DNA of 56,765 nucleotides, filler included, from Nemertoderma westbladi (Eukaryota > Animalia > Xenacoelomorpha): NCBI GenBank assembly GCA_032718475.1. It is 3 parts of 3 records of this genome, joined end to end, with 100 filler letters (N's around TTAATTAATTAA, not from the genome) between each part and the next. Parts side by side here need not be neighbours in the genome. Positions count along the whole stretch, not along the records: positions 18,909 to 46,845 come from JAUCBJ010006552.1; positions 46,946 to 56,765 come from JAUCBJ010008200.1; 1 more part is not named here. One strand, 5' to 3'. The notes beneath the pieces were generated by a model, which was not told the DNA's origin, did no database searches, and saw nothing but the letters and a program-made list of their open reading frames with translations. This document shows, one piece after another, positions 38,901-51,833 of this stretch (the first letter of the stretch is position 1; each line of letters begins with the position of its first letter). A program made the position numbers and the translations under genes.

Positions 38901-39820
38901 CCCTTTGCGTACCAATATTTAAATAGGAGGAACACTGCCGCCTTTTTCATTCTAAATAATTCAGGACCTTGCTTATAAAGGCGGCAGTGTGCCGCCTTTA
39001 TATAATTATAACTTAATTCCCAGGGCGGCAGAGTGCCGCCTTTATATATTTATAACTTAACCCACAAGGTGGCAGAGTGCCGCCTTTATTTAAAACTTCT
39101 TATAACTTTCTTATAATTATTGAGGCGGAAAAATGGTGTTCAAAATCGTATTCGAATTCGTATTGGGCAGGAAAAATTGGTCTAAAAATTTATTTACTTC
39201 TTTGTTTGGAATTAATTTCCTACTACCAAATCCCCAGGGCGATATATTTCCAACTTTATATCGCATTGTGACATTATTTCTCAGTATGTCCCTACGCCAT
39301 ACATTCACTATGTATTTGCAGTATATCCAGTATGTCACCGCGTCATTATTAGGTTGTTCTAGAAAGTTTTCCCTTCAAGGCCTTTTCTACTCCTGAAACG
39401 CCCAGGGGGGGGGGGGGGGGGGGGGGGGTGGATTCCACCTCCCCTACTGATCTCGGCCCTTTGTGAATGGATTTTTTTTAAAATTTGGTTGACTCAGTCC
39501 TACTTGTCCTACTTAAACCCTTTGAACCCCGCGGCACTCTGCCACCTTAATCATTTGTAACATAATTATTGGCTAATTGATATGGATAATTGAATTACAT
39601 AAATTATGGGATTTAATGTACCTAAAACCAATATGGTTCCCTTAAAGCAATATTAAATTAACTGTTCTGGACTAGTTTCTCCAGCCCAACACGAATATGA
39701 AATCCCTTTTTTCATCCCTATAATTACAACAAAGTTATAAGAGGTTTTAAATCGGCAGTGTTTGTAGAGGTTTTTACAAGCGGCAGTGTGCCGCCTTTTT
39801 AAGTGTTGGTATGCAAAGGG
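38901..39820. mobile_element. piggyBac-type MITE
   Basis: TTAA|CCCTTTGCGTACCAATATTTAAA ... TTTAAGTGTTGGTATGCAAAGGG|GTAA, with subterminal palindromic GGCGGCAGWGTGCCGCC repeats. Confidence 0.85.
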
Positions 39821-39842
39821 GTAAAGCTCTTTGCATCAGCCG

Positions 39843-39930
39843 TCACTTCGCAGCAAAGGAGATATCGCCAATGGGAATATCTGGAAGTACAGACTCAGAC
39901 ACTTATACTTCTATAAAGTTATCGGGCAAT
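39843..39930 (-). mobile_element. Internal fragment of the RTE family
   Basis: Reverse complement of about 6193-6278 (ATTGCCTGATAACTTTATAGAAG...GGCGATATCTCCTTTGC). Confidence 0.85.
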
Positions 39931-42900
39931 CTGGGAAATCGTCTCAAAGTTAAAAGAAAAACTGAGGAAACAACCAGCAGCAGAAGAAGCCATAAACAAG
40001 GCAATATTTAAGTATATAGAAAGGGGTGGGCAATAGAACTTCCAGAGGACACACAGGAAACTGACCGGACGTATTACTTACTGATACACACAGTGTGGGA
40101 ACCAAGAAAGAACAAATACCGAGTAGTACATGACGCTGCAGCGAAGTACCATGGAAAATCGCTAAATGATTACCTTGTTCGTGGACCCAATATATACAAC
40201 ACAGGACTAGACGTTCTTCTAAGATTCAGGAAGGGAACATTTGCTTTCACATGCGATGTGGAGGCAATATTCCACCAGGTACGAGTGATCCCAAAAGACA
40301 GCAACAGCTTACGGTTCCTTTGGTATGAAGGGGAGCTAGGCTCAAAGGAACCCAAAATCTACGCCTTGAGAGAGACTACAAATGGTGAGAATCCTGCAAT
40401 CCAGAATCCATCTGCAGATACAGTGGAAATGATTCGAGAACATTTCTATGTTGATGACGGACATGAGACAAGAAACTCAGAGGAGGAGTTGGTCAGGATT
40501 GCCAAGGAGGCTAAACTTTATTTAGCGGGGGGAGGATTTAACTTGACCAAGTTTTTATCAAATTCCGAATATTTTACCAACTGCATGACAGACGGGACCC
40601 AAAAGACGCCACTGAACAAACTAACCACCGAACCAGAATACAAACCAATGATAGAAGCTGATGGAGACAGTGACAAAGTTCGAGCTTTAGGGATAGTCTG
40701 GAACCAAAGAACAGATGCGTTTGAGTACCATATGGCGAAAATGAAAAGAGGGAAACATACAAAAAGGGAATATCTATCCTTTGTAGCACAGATCTATGAC
40801 CCAATGGGTCTACTCACAAGGATCACTACTACTACTACTACTACTAGGATCGGAATGCTGCATTGCAGCTGCATTTTTAAGAATGCTGTGCCGGCTTGTC
40901 AACAAAATTGCACCGCCACAACTCCCTATCACCCATGACATTTGCTAGATCATCCGCATCTTTAAGGCCAGTGTCCTTTAAGATGCGTCTCAAGAAAGTC
41001 ATGGGCTGTCCACCATGCTTATTCACTCCATGAGGCTGCCAAAGAACAAGATTATGCACTGGCTGGTCCTCACGGCGAAAGCAATGTCCTGCAAAGCGGA
41101 GGCGATTTTGTTCTAGTGTCAAGCTTGGGGGAACCAATGAGACTCCTCCAATGTTATATAGTGTCTGGTTGGAGATGTGTGCATTGTACTTGACACAATA
41201 AACCCGGCGTAGCATTCTTGTGAATGTGCCATCCAGAGATTTGGTGTCTTCAGCAGTTAGAGCCCAGCATGGACTCCCGATGAGGAGTACTGGAACTACT
41301 GCTAAATAATCCATATCATCTTAATCATAATCATAATCATCATACTCTAAATAATCGGACCTTAAGTTTCCGATTAATTCTCGGTGACTTCCAAATCCTG
41401 GAAAGCCTATTCATTCAAGGTTGCCCATGCCTTTCCCTTACGTATTCGAAGGTCCTCACCTGACTTCCGGATCCATGGTCCCAGGTAACAGAAGTCGTCC
41501 ACATGCTCAAGCATGCCATCCTTTGAGCTTATGCTCATCCGGTCAGAGACTTGCTGAGGACTTTCAAAGTTAACTGTCAGAATTTTGGTCTTTCTGGAGT
41601 TAATAAAAAGACCAACACTAGAAGCAGCATGTTCTAATGAGCTCAGGAGCCGTTGGGCTCCCTCTAATGATTCTGAGAGTACTCCGAAGTCATCAGCAAA
41701 GTCTAGATCAGTTAGGTACTTGGCAGGATTTCCTCGACTTCTGGAGCAAGGATCACAGTTGTTGGTCGACAAATACTTAGGGAGCCCATCTACTGAAAGT
41801 AGGTTGGAATGATGAACTTCCCGAAGGAATAAGGAAGAAATGGGACAAATGGATGGATAGTTTACAACTACTAGATATGATCCCAATAGATCGGGCCTAC
41901 TTTCCCGACTGGAAACATGGACAACATTGAGAGACATATCTTCAGTGCGCCTCTGAGAAAGGCTATGGAGCAGTAGCCTATGTGGTTCAAAGACAGGATA
42001 ATAGAAGAAGGGCACGGGTTGCATATAGTAAGGCGAGCCCGGCCCCATTAAAAATCGTCACTATTCCTAGGATAGAACTCATTGCAGCTTTATTAGGAGT
42101 GAGAATAGGAAGACAGTTAAGAAAGGCGATTGGAAATATACAAACCTGTTATTTTTGGACAGACTCTACCACTGTTATTGCTAATCGAGTTGCAGAAATC
42201 CAAGAACTAACAGGCATCAACAACTGGAACTATTGTCCAACGGCAATAAATCCTGCAGACCAAATATCGAGAGGAATAATTGGAACACAGAAGAAGGAAG
42301 AGGAAGATCTGTGGCAATGTGGCCTGGAGTACCTCAAGGACGAAAGAAGATGGCCTGAATTTCTAGGAGGTCAGCAGGCTTTACTGGAAGTAGTCAAAGG
42401 GGATGACCCTGAATTATGAAGGGAAGTAGTAATGTCAACCACAATAAGAGACAAACCAACTATGACAGAGCGAATACTCCGCCATGATCGCTCATGGTAT
42501 GACACTAAACGGCATGTAGCGCGATGGAGGATGTGGATAGCTTGGATAAGAACACAGAAAATTGGAGGACCCTGAACAGAACTACAGGTGGAAAATGCAG
42601 GGATGGCTATCATAAAGTACATTCAACAGGAGGGCTTCCCAGATGAAGTGGAGAAACTAGTGGCTGGAAAACCTATCCCGAAAGACAGCAACCTGAGACC
42701 ATTGAGCCCCATTATGAAGGACTTAGTAATCTGTATGGGCTCCCGTCCGGGGAATGCCCCAGGAGGGATTGTCCCTGAGTGCCCCATATTGATCCCGAAA
42801 GACACAGTTATCGTAAGATCATACACGATTCCCATGAAGCCTCACAACATGGAGGTGTGGAAGCAACACTCACGAGGATATGGAGGAAATTCTGGATTCC

Positions 42901-43948
42901 AGCAGTCAGGAGAAGAGTAAAGCGCTGGGTGGAGAAGTGCATCACCTTTCGCACCATTCGTCAACAGAGGGTGGAGCAGGTGATGTCACCCCTGCCTGCG
43001 GAGTAGATAACACACTGTGAGCCACCATTCACAAATTGTGGTGTTGACCTCTTTGGTCCTATTAACGTCAAAGTGGGCCGACGATACAAGAAACGATGGG
43101 GTTCCATATTCGTGTGTTTCCCCGCAAGGGCTGTTGCCCTGGAATTAGTTAAAGATGCGACTGCAAACTCAATTATTAATGCGCTCAGAAGATTCATTTC
43201 AAGGTGTGGAGCAGTGCGAAGGATTAGCTCTCATAATGGGTCGAATTTCATTGGAGCCAATCGAAAACTTCAAGATCTATACCGGATTGTGCAAACACCT
43301 GCTATTGAATCACATGCAAGGAAATAAGGTGTCAAGTGGAAATTCCATAACCCTTATGCCTCCCACTCTTCAGGAGTCTGGGGAAGACTTGTAGGAAGTG
43401 CTGAGCGGCTCTTAGAGGCAAGCACCCGAAATCGATGCCTTGATGAGGACGCATTCCGCACAGTGTTAGCAGAAACAGAAGCAACAATGAATGCACGGCT
43501 GCTATGTGCGTTAAATGATGACCCGAATTCTTACGAGGTTTTGACACCAAACCATATACTACTGAGGAGACCAGTCCAGGTTTTAAGTAAAGACCTGTTT
43601 GACGAGAATGACCTATATTCCAGAAAGACTTGGAAAGTAATACAAGTAGTATCAAAGATATTCTGGCGCCAATGGCTAACAGAATATCTACCAACCCTTC
43701 ACACGCAACACAAGTGGCAGGTGGAAAGGAGAGATCTGAAACCGGGAGATCTAGTCATAGTGACTGATGACACCCTAGCAAAACACAATTGGGTGATGGC
43801 CACAGTAGTGAATTGCCTGCAGGGACCCGATGGGCACACTAGAATGGTCGAATGGAAGACGAGTGGAAAGTAACTTGTAAGACATCCGATAAGCAAATTT
43901 TGCTTATTGGACCAAGGTGTCTAATTTATGCCAACGGCGTGGGGGGAG
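39931..43948 (+). mobile_element. Decayed BEL/Pao LTR retrotransposon pol (RT, RNase H, integrase)
   Basis: YRVVHDAAA..SLND..GPN, LRFLW, FYVDD, YDPMG, TIPRIEL, FWTDST, NPADQISRG, HGG, SHNGSNF, LTPNH, FWRQWLTEYL. Purine tract at about 43936-43948. Confidence 0.93.
40827..41746 (-). mobile_element. 5'-truncated RTE copy inserted into BEL/Pao
   Basis: Matches about 6978-7840. Long (TAG)n tail at 40827-40846. TSD CAAGGATCAC at 40817-40826 and 41747-41756. Confidence 0.95.
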
Positions 43949-45570
43949 GGGTGGGGGGGGGGGGGGGGGGGGGGGGTCCAGGTATACCTCAAATCATCCC
44001 TAATTAAAATTAACAAATATATTATCAAACTCACAAAATGAATAGAAGAAAACTTAACTAGTATTTTAGGATAGGCAGATAAAATATATATATAGGTTCA
44101 TGAACTGAATAGTAACCTGTGTTGAAATTTATGTTTCCGGAACATAATATGTATGTGTGAAATGAATGAATGGTTATATGACGCAATACTGAACACAGCC
44201 CTAAGGAACAATGAACTTGCAACTTTTCAGTTGCGGAATGAACTGATTGAATGAATGTATGAAACAATTGCAGTACACAATAAACTCAAATTATGGGAAA
44301 CATAGATTTCATTAGCAGCAACCATAGAACATGAAACCAGCAAATTCCAGAACGTATAGTAAAACTTTATAGTGTAACTGACCATTTAGTCGACTATGGA
44401 TTGGATATATCATAATAATTTTCCCATATGGATATTATACGTTATTAATGATAGTACTTGATCTGGATGTCTGGATGTACAAGAATTATCATATATAACT
44501 AGCTTATTAGAATTAATAATGAGCCACAATGATGACTGTGATGTGTAAAGGATGCGATGGTGAAGTGGTACCACGCGGAGAAACATTTAAAACTTGGCTT
44601 ATGAACTGTCTTGTCTGAGGGTACGAAACGGAAACAAAACGAAACGCAAAACTATCGTGACTGCGAATTCTGATAGAAGGGAGGGATTCCCCACCGCAGG
44701 AAACCCCATGGGGGGAGTGACCATGGCAGGAGCGATTAGTGGTGACCGTGGATGGAGCGTTCGATTGGTACTAAATAAACGAGGGACCCCCTAATCATGA
44801 AAGGGAAATACATTATTTGATATGCTCTAACCACATAAATATATAATTGAATTGATTGCACTACCTTTGCAATAATACGTACCTAGGATGAACTAACTAG
44901 CGATTTATCTTGAAGTATTATTGAACCACGAAATATTTTATATACCGGTATTTTAAAAGGACTTGAATGAATTGTAATGAATTTATAGAGGGAAATAGGA
45001 AACCACTCATGGTTTGGCAAGCCATGAGCGTGTAATGTTGCCAGGGGGCCTACATCGCGGAATGACAGTTGATATATATATCGTTTTCGGACTCAAACTT
45101 TTTAATATAGTCGTGATTTCCTCGAGAAACCATTTATAGTGGTTTCTGGGGGGAGTTTGTTCCCGACTATAGTCAGTACTTCATCGTACAGTATGGCCCA
45201 AAATTCTTATCACCTGTTATTGCCGTAGAAATTCCATTTTATTGAGTGAGAATGTCATGACGTCAAAACATGACGTCATGGAAGTAAAAGTATAGTGTAT
45301 CTTGCATGAAGGGTTGCTCGCCTCATGTTCACGAGAGAATTATCATATCCTATAATGAGTGAGTGAATATTAGAACCATTTAAAGTGAATGGAAACATTG
45401 AGTGAGAGGCAACAATGGAAGTGTAAGGCATCCTCTGGGATTTACCCTCACCTGTGTATATTGGTGTATAACGTATTATATATTTTGGCCCTATTTTCTA
45501 TGGCCTATTGTTGTTTGGTAAACCAATCCCAGATGGCTTTCCTTCCATTCATACATGACAAGAACAGGAT

Positions 45571-46845
45571 GACATTAGATAACATTGGGGGTGTCTCATT
45601 GGTTCCCTCAAGCTTGACACTAGAACAACCAGACACTATATAACATTGGGGGTGTCTCATTGGTTCCCTCAAGCTTGACACTAGAACAACCAGACACTAT
45701 ATAACATTGGGGGTGTCTCATTGGTTCCCTCAAGCTTGACACTAGAACAACCAGACACTATATAACATTGGGGGTGTCTCATTGGTTCCCTCAAGCTTGA
45801 CACTAGAACAACCAGACACTATATAACATTGGGGGTGTCTCATTGGTTCCCTCAAGCTTGACACTAGAACAACCAGACACTATATAACATTGGGGGTGTC
45901 TCATTGGTTCCCTCAAGCTTGACACTAGAACAACCAGACACTATATAACATGGGGGTGTCTCATTGGTTCCCTCAAGCTTGACACTAGAACAACCAGACA
46001 CTATATAACATGTGGGGGTGTCTCATTGGTTCCCTCAAGCTTGACACTAGAACAACCAGACACTATATAACATTGGGGGTGTCTCATTGGTTCCCTCAAC
46101 CTTGACACTAGAACAACCAGACACTATATAACTTTGGGGGTGTCTCATTGGTTCCCTCAAGCTTGACACTAGAACAACCAGACACTATATAACATGGGGG
46201 TGTCTCATTGGTTCCCTCAAGCTTGACACTAGAACAACCAGACACTATATAACATTGGGGGTGTCTCATTGGTTCCCTCAAGCTTGACACTAGAACAACC
46301 AGACACTATATAACATTGGGGGTGTCTCATTGGTTCCCTCAAGCTTGACACTAGAACAACCAGACACTATATAACATTGGGGGTGTCTCATTGGTTCCCT
46401 CAAGCTTGACACTAGAACAACCATACACTATATAACATTGGGGGTATCTCATTGGTTCCCTCAACCTTGACACTAGAACAATCAGACACTATATAACGTT
46501 GGAGGTGTCTCATTGGTTCCCCCAAGCTTGAAACTAGAACAACCAGACACTATATAACATTGGAGGTGTCTCATTGGTTCCCTCAAGCTTGACACTAGAA
46601 CAACCAGACACTATATAACATTGGAGGTGTCTCATTGGTTCCCTCAAGCTTGACACTAGAACAACCAGACACTATATAACATTGGGGGTGTCTCATTGGT
46701 TCCCTCAAGCTTGACACTAGAACAACCAGACACTATATAACATTGGGGGTGTCTCATTGGTTCCCTCAAGCTTGACACTAGAACAACCAGACACTATATA
46801 ACATTGGGGGTGTCTCATTGGTTCCCTCAAGCTTGACACTAGAAC
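45571..46845 (+). repeat. 61-bp satellite derived from the RTE ORF 3' region, about 21 copies, open at the gap
   Basis: Unit AACCAGACACTATATAACATTGGGGGTGTCTCATTGGTTCCCTCAAGCTTGACACTAGAAC matches 7511-7571 and the reverse complement of about 41110-41170. Confidence 0.96.
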
Positions 46846-46945
46846 NNNNNNNNNNNNNNNNNNNNNNNNNNNNNNNNNNNNNNNNNNNNTTAATTAATTA
46901 ANNNNNNNNNNNNNNNNNNNNNNNNNNNNNNNNNNNNNNNNNNNN
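46846..46945. other. Assembly gap with TTAATTAATTAA linker
   Basis: 44 N + linker (46890-46901) + 44 N. Confidence 0.97.
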
Positions 46946-46971
46946 CCGAGGACTATGCTTCTCCTACTACT

Positions 46972-49383
46972 CTCGCCATTAAGAAAAATTTATATTATAT
47001 ACAATTATATAGTTTATAAGTTTAAAAATAGAAGTCGGGTATACGTTTCCATAGCAACAAAGTGACCTTTCTCTAGCAACCGCTGTATATTTAATTAAAT
47101 TATGATTGAAACTTGGCATAATCTACCGGTCAAGCAATAATATATAATGTATTATAATAATATAATATAATATAATATTTCCATAGCAACACGGCGACCT
47201 CTCCCTAGCAACTGCCTAAAATTTAGTGCAATTATGATTGAAAGTGGAGATAATCAACATCTCTCTCTAGCAATATAACATGGTTGGTTTCCATAACAAC
47301 AAGGTGATCTTTCCAAAGCATAGTAACTGTATTGTCCTTGAAAAAATAAATATCATTTTAGAAAAAAGAGGAGAGAGGGAAACAAATTAAAGAGCACCAA
47401 GTAACAACAACTACAGTAGTAGAATAGAACAAGCAGAATAGCAACGAACGGTGTAATATAAATACAAAATATATAAATACAGCATCATAGTGTCCAGAAA
47501 ACTTGTAAATTGAGAAGTCATTCAAAAACTAATTAAATTTATATAGTAAATAGATACTACATAGAAAATGATAAGGGTCAACAAATTAAATTGATGTCAA
47601 TAACGTGGTAAATTGATAAATAATATACTATAAATAAATAAGTATGAATAAATAGCTATATCCCGTCACTATAAACAAAGAAATATGTAGTTAGAACTGT
47701 TATGAGAACTATAAATAAATACTGTAAATAAGTTGGAACATTAGCTAAATGTTAATAAGTCTAACCAAAATTATTAATACATAACATAAATAAATTATTA
47801 ATATGTCTAAAGCTTATTAGGGAAGCACAAAAATATTAGTGAATGAATATTTAATAGGCTACATAACAAAATATAGGCGATTATAATGATGATGCGTACA
47901 TTAAAAATAAAGGGTTAAAGTGAAGCGAAATACAAAATTATTCCGGGTAATTAATGGTGTAATATATAAATTATTAAAAACTGTATGACAAAGTACAGTT
48001 AACTTACTAAGAGTGGTTGGCCTTGAGTTAATTTGGGCGGTCATGACGGTCATAACATGTACCAAAATCCCCTTAGTCGGGGATAATCAACACGTGTAGC
48101 AATAAAAGATTGTTAGTAATTATATTTGAGCTGATACACGTTTTCATAGCAACAAGGTAAAATATTGATTGCACTTTAGGCTTATGGGGATAATCAACTC
48201 AAAGGGTTTATTGTGATGTTACATGCTCTTAGTGGCTGTGAAACCGTGTCCGACTTCAAAAATATTGGCAAAATAACTGCTTGGAAAACATGGTTGGCTA
48301 TGCCAAAAATCACCCAACTTTCAAGGCTGTATACGATCATCCATTTAATCCCTTACCAAATGGAATCGAAAGTGTGGAATTCAAAGCTTTGGAGCAATTT
48401 GTCGACATGACAAAAAATGAAACAGTAGGAACACAAGAGGGGATCTATCCCCCAAACGCAACGGCGTGATTCATTGCCTGCCACCAGCTCAACACGCCCT
48501 TACCAACATGTGATGCGGGTTCATATCAAGCCAGCGTATGGGCAGTCTGCACACCGGACAAACCGAAACTACCTTCACCAGCAGATTTCGGTTGGGTATT
48601 TAATACCCAATGGAATACGGTCTGGAGTTCACTGCCAGAAGCTGCAACGATTTGCCACGAAGTCATTAAATTCGCATGCAAAAATTGTATGTGTACAAAC
48701 TGCAAGTGTGGTAAGGCTGTAGTGCACCTAAGTATGTACCTGCTCTTGTTATTGATCTTATAGCTGTGGCCACCTTAAGTGTTGATGACTGATCTAAAAC
48801 CTTTCTGCACCTTGCAAGCGAAATAGTAAAAATTGTTCGAAGTACTTTTTATAGATTGTTAGACATACAGTATCAATCACACATGATTCGTACAGTATTA
48901 TTAAAGTAATTGGTATAAGTACAAATACTAAATAATATTTGATGTATAAAGTAAACACATTTATCCTCATTAAACCAAAAGTGCAATATTTTTTAAATAT
49001 GAATCTCACCTTGTTACTAAGGAAACGTGCATCAGCTCCAATATAGCTGCTAACCTTCTTATATTGCTATACATGATGTTTATCTCCAGTGTCAAATCTT
49101 ATAATAGGCCTACACTAAATTTCAGGCAGTTGCTCGGGAAATGTCACCGTGTTGCTATGGAAAAGTGTATCAGAATTTTTCTTAATGGCGAGTTTCAATA
49201 AAAGATAAACAAATTTTACCCGCGGTTGCTATGGAAAAGTCAACCTGTTGCTAGGGAAGTAGTCAATTATGTTGATACACACGCTTACAGTAGATTAATC
49301 TACACATATTTTTGCATATATAGTTCAATTTTCATGTTTTTTTGTCCGGTAATTAACGATTTTCACCTTAATCGACCCCTCTA
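46972..49383 (+). mobile_element. Academ-like DNA transposon deletion derivative
   Basis: Remnant 48210-48750 reads LHALSGCETVS..GKITAWKTW, SLPAT and YQASVW..LPSPADFGW..W..LPEAATICHEVIKFACKNCMCTNCKC. Perfect inverted 19-mer at 46972-46990 and 49174-49192. Right end ...CGACCCCTCTA. Confidence 0.8.
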
Positions 49384-49504
49384 CGGTATATACTGTATAG
49401 CATAGGCCCAGGCCTATAGCTGTACAGCGGCTACAGTCAGACAGGTACGAACTAAATACAGGTGATACCGGTAGCCGGCAGGGTGCTAGCAATCACAGTT
49501 TTCA

Positions 49505-50930
49505 CTTTCGGATATTTCGCCCTCTAGCGGTAAACTGGAGAACTTCAGACCGATCACATTCCTCACAAAGACGTAACATGTGGTCGTGGTCGAATACATA
49601 TATGCCAAGATTCAGCTTAAACGGATGAAAATCAAGGAGACAGGAGGTTTTAATCTTAAGACGCTTCACCCTGACTGGTGAACTTTACAGACTGGTCTTC
49701 ACGGAGGGGGAACCCCCTCGGGAAATTGTTTTGAAACTGCTCTAACTTTGTGTTCTAGGTCAATACCACTGTTATGCCGTGCTCGGCCAACGAAAGGCCA
49801 AGGACCAACACAAAATGGAAATTTAATATTTTTTGTCTCCCTCTAGTGGCGAGTGGTTGAATAAAATATTTCACTAAAAACACTACTCGTTCATTGATTT
49901 TTAGCTACATGTTTTGAAACCAACTTTTTTACACTCAGCATCTACGAATCTACAAAAACTCTTTAATCGCAATAATATTTGAACGTAACTATTTTTTATA
50001 AAGAGCTGGAGAGATTTTCAAGATCTTCAGGCATCAATTTCAGTATCGAATTTGGGTGAAAAATTTTTAAAAGTTGAAAATTGTAATTTCAAGATAATTT
50101 TCTTTAAAGTTTGAACTTCCAGTTCCAACCTGTCTGTGGTCTGTCTGAGGTGTGATTCATTTCATTTTCAGGGGAAGACAGAAATACTGTTAAGTCTGAT
50201 AGCTAGTATGTTTGGCATTAAGGCTGCTAAAATTATCAATATGGGGAGTTTTCCGGTCGGCGATTTCATTTCCGTCTGCAGTTTTAATAATGTTTAGTGG
50301 TATCTAATGTGTCTGTCTAGCGGTGTCTGTCATCTTACATTAATTGTACACCCCCCCTCCAAACGGATTAAGGAGAGACGGGAGATGGTTTAACCTTCAG
50401 ACATTTCGCACTGGATAACTGCAATGCAGACCGATCACCTTCCTCACAAAGACGTAGCATGTGGTCTAGTACATAATTATATGTCAAGATTCAGCTTCAG
50501 CAGATTAAAATCACGAAGGAGGGAGGGAGAAGGTTAACATTTTCAGACATTTCGCCCCCTAGCGGTAGACTGGAGATCTGCAGACGGATGAGCCTCTTCT
50601 GAAAGATACATCTGATGGTCTAGTACATATCTGCCAAGACCAGCTGAAACCGATTAAACGCAATAAAATGAGAGGACATTTAATGTTTAGGCATATATCC
50701 CCCTAGCGGCTGACAGCCAAACTGTAGAAGTCGTCTGTGTGTTGCCTTTTTCTAAATTTTTTCAAAGATTGGTCCTACATCCTACAAAGGATTAAAGGTT
50801 TTAGTTCAAGAAAGTGGTGAGTTCCGGAGAAATAAGATTTAAAGAATAGAACGACCAACAGACAGACACGAGGTTGAGATAGTGGCACCCTTATGCTAAG
50901 CTCGCTTACTTTCGTGGCTCGCCCCACAAA
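49505..50930. mobile_element. Non-autonomous element with three internal about 140-bp repeats and a Helitron/HINE-like 3' end
   Basis: CAGACCGATCAC.TTCCTCACAAAGACGTA.CATGTGGTC at about 49546 and 50427, with a third diverged copy at about 50545-50670. ACAGACAGACA and GCTCGC..GCTCGCC near 50860-50925. Confidence 0.5.
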
Positions 50931-51425
50931 CAAGTTCGTGTAACTCTGTGGGTTCTTTTTGCTTGAATGAAGAAAAATGAAGATAATTACCACCAATTAA
51001 AAGGATCAATAACCTAAAATCCAAAAACCGCCTTTAATGTTTGGAGTTGGAAGAACGATACAGAATTTACGAAATTCAAACAACAAACTACGTATATATA
51101 AAGCATGTATAATTAATATAATATGAACAATGATACAGTTATTGAATTAAAAATGACCATTCCTGAATATGTGTAGATTTCAAACGGGATATCCACAATA
51201 TATCTACAATACTTTAGTGTGTGAAACAATTACTAATTACAGGTAATTTAAATGTAGCAATTAGTAATTGAAATATACATTGTATATCGGTACACATACA
51301 TTGAATATAAAATGTAATATGTTTAAATGAGTTTTATTTCTAACAAATTAATAAGGTAGATAACAACATTCGACAACTCAACGAATAAATGTATGGTTTA
51401 CAACATGAACGTATGGTAAATATGT

Positions 51426-51734
51426 AAAGTAAACTAAACAACACACTGCTCTGAGATTATACCATATTAAAGTAAACTAAACAACACACTGCTCTGAGAT
51501 TATACCATATTAAAGTAAACTAAACAACACACTGCTCTGAGATTATACCATATTAAAGTAAACTAAACAACACACTGCTCTGAGATTATACCATATTAAA
51601 GTAAACTAAACAACACACTGCTCTGAGATTATACCATATTAAAGTAAACTAAACAACACACTGCTCTGAGATTATACCATATTAAAGTAAACTAAACAAC
51701 ACACTGCTCTGAGATTATACCATATTAAAGTAAA
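51426..51734. repeat. 43-bp perfect tandem repeat, 7 copies + partial
   Basis: AAAGTAAACTAAACAACACACTGCTCTGAGATTATACCATATT starts at 51426, 51469 ... 51684. Confidence 0.97.
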
Positions 51735-51833
51735 GAGTCTATGAATTCATAATTAGCAGCTTGCCTTGGTGCCAACCTATAGGTACAACGCATACTATCT
51801 GACTATTATACAAATTCACTTGAGTTATTGAGA

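Noticed and set aside
43949-44800. BEL/Pao 3' LTR
   Set aside because: A poly-G tract follows the PPT, no TG...CA unit could be delimited, and no 5' LTR is available for comparison.
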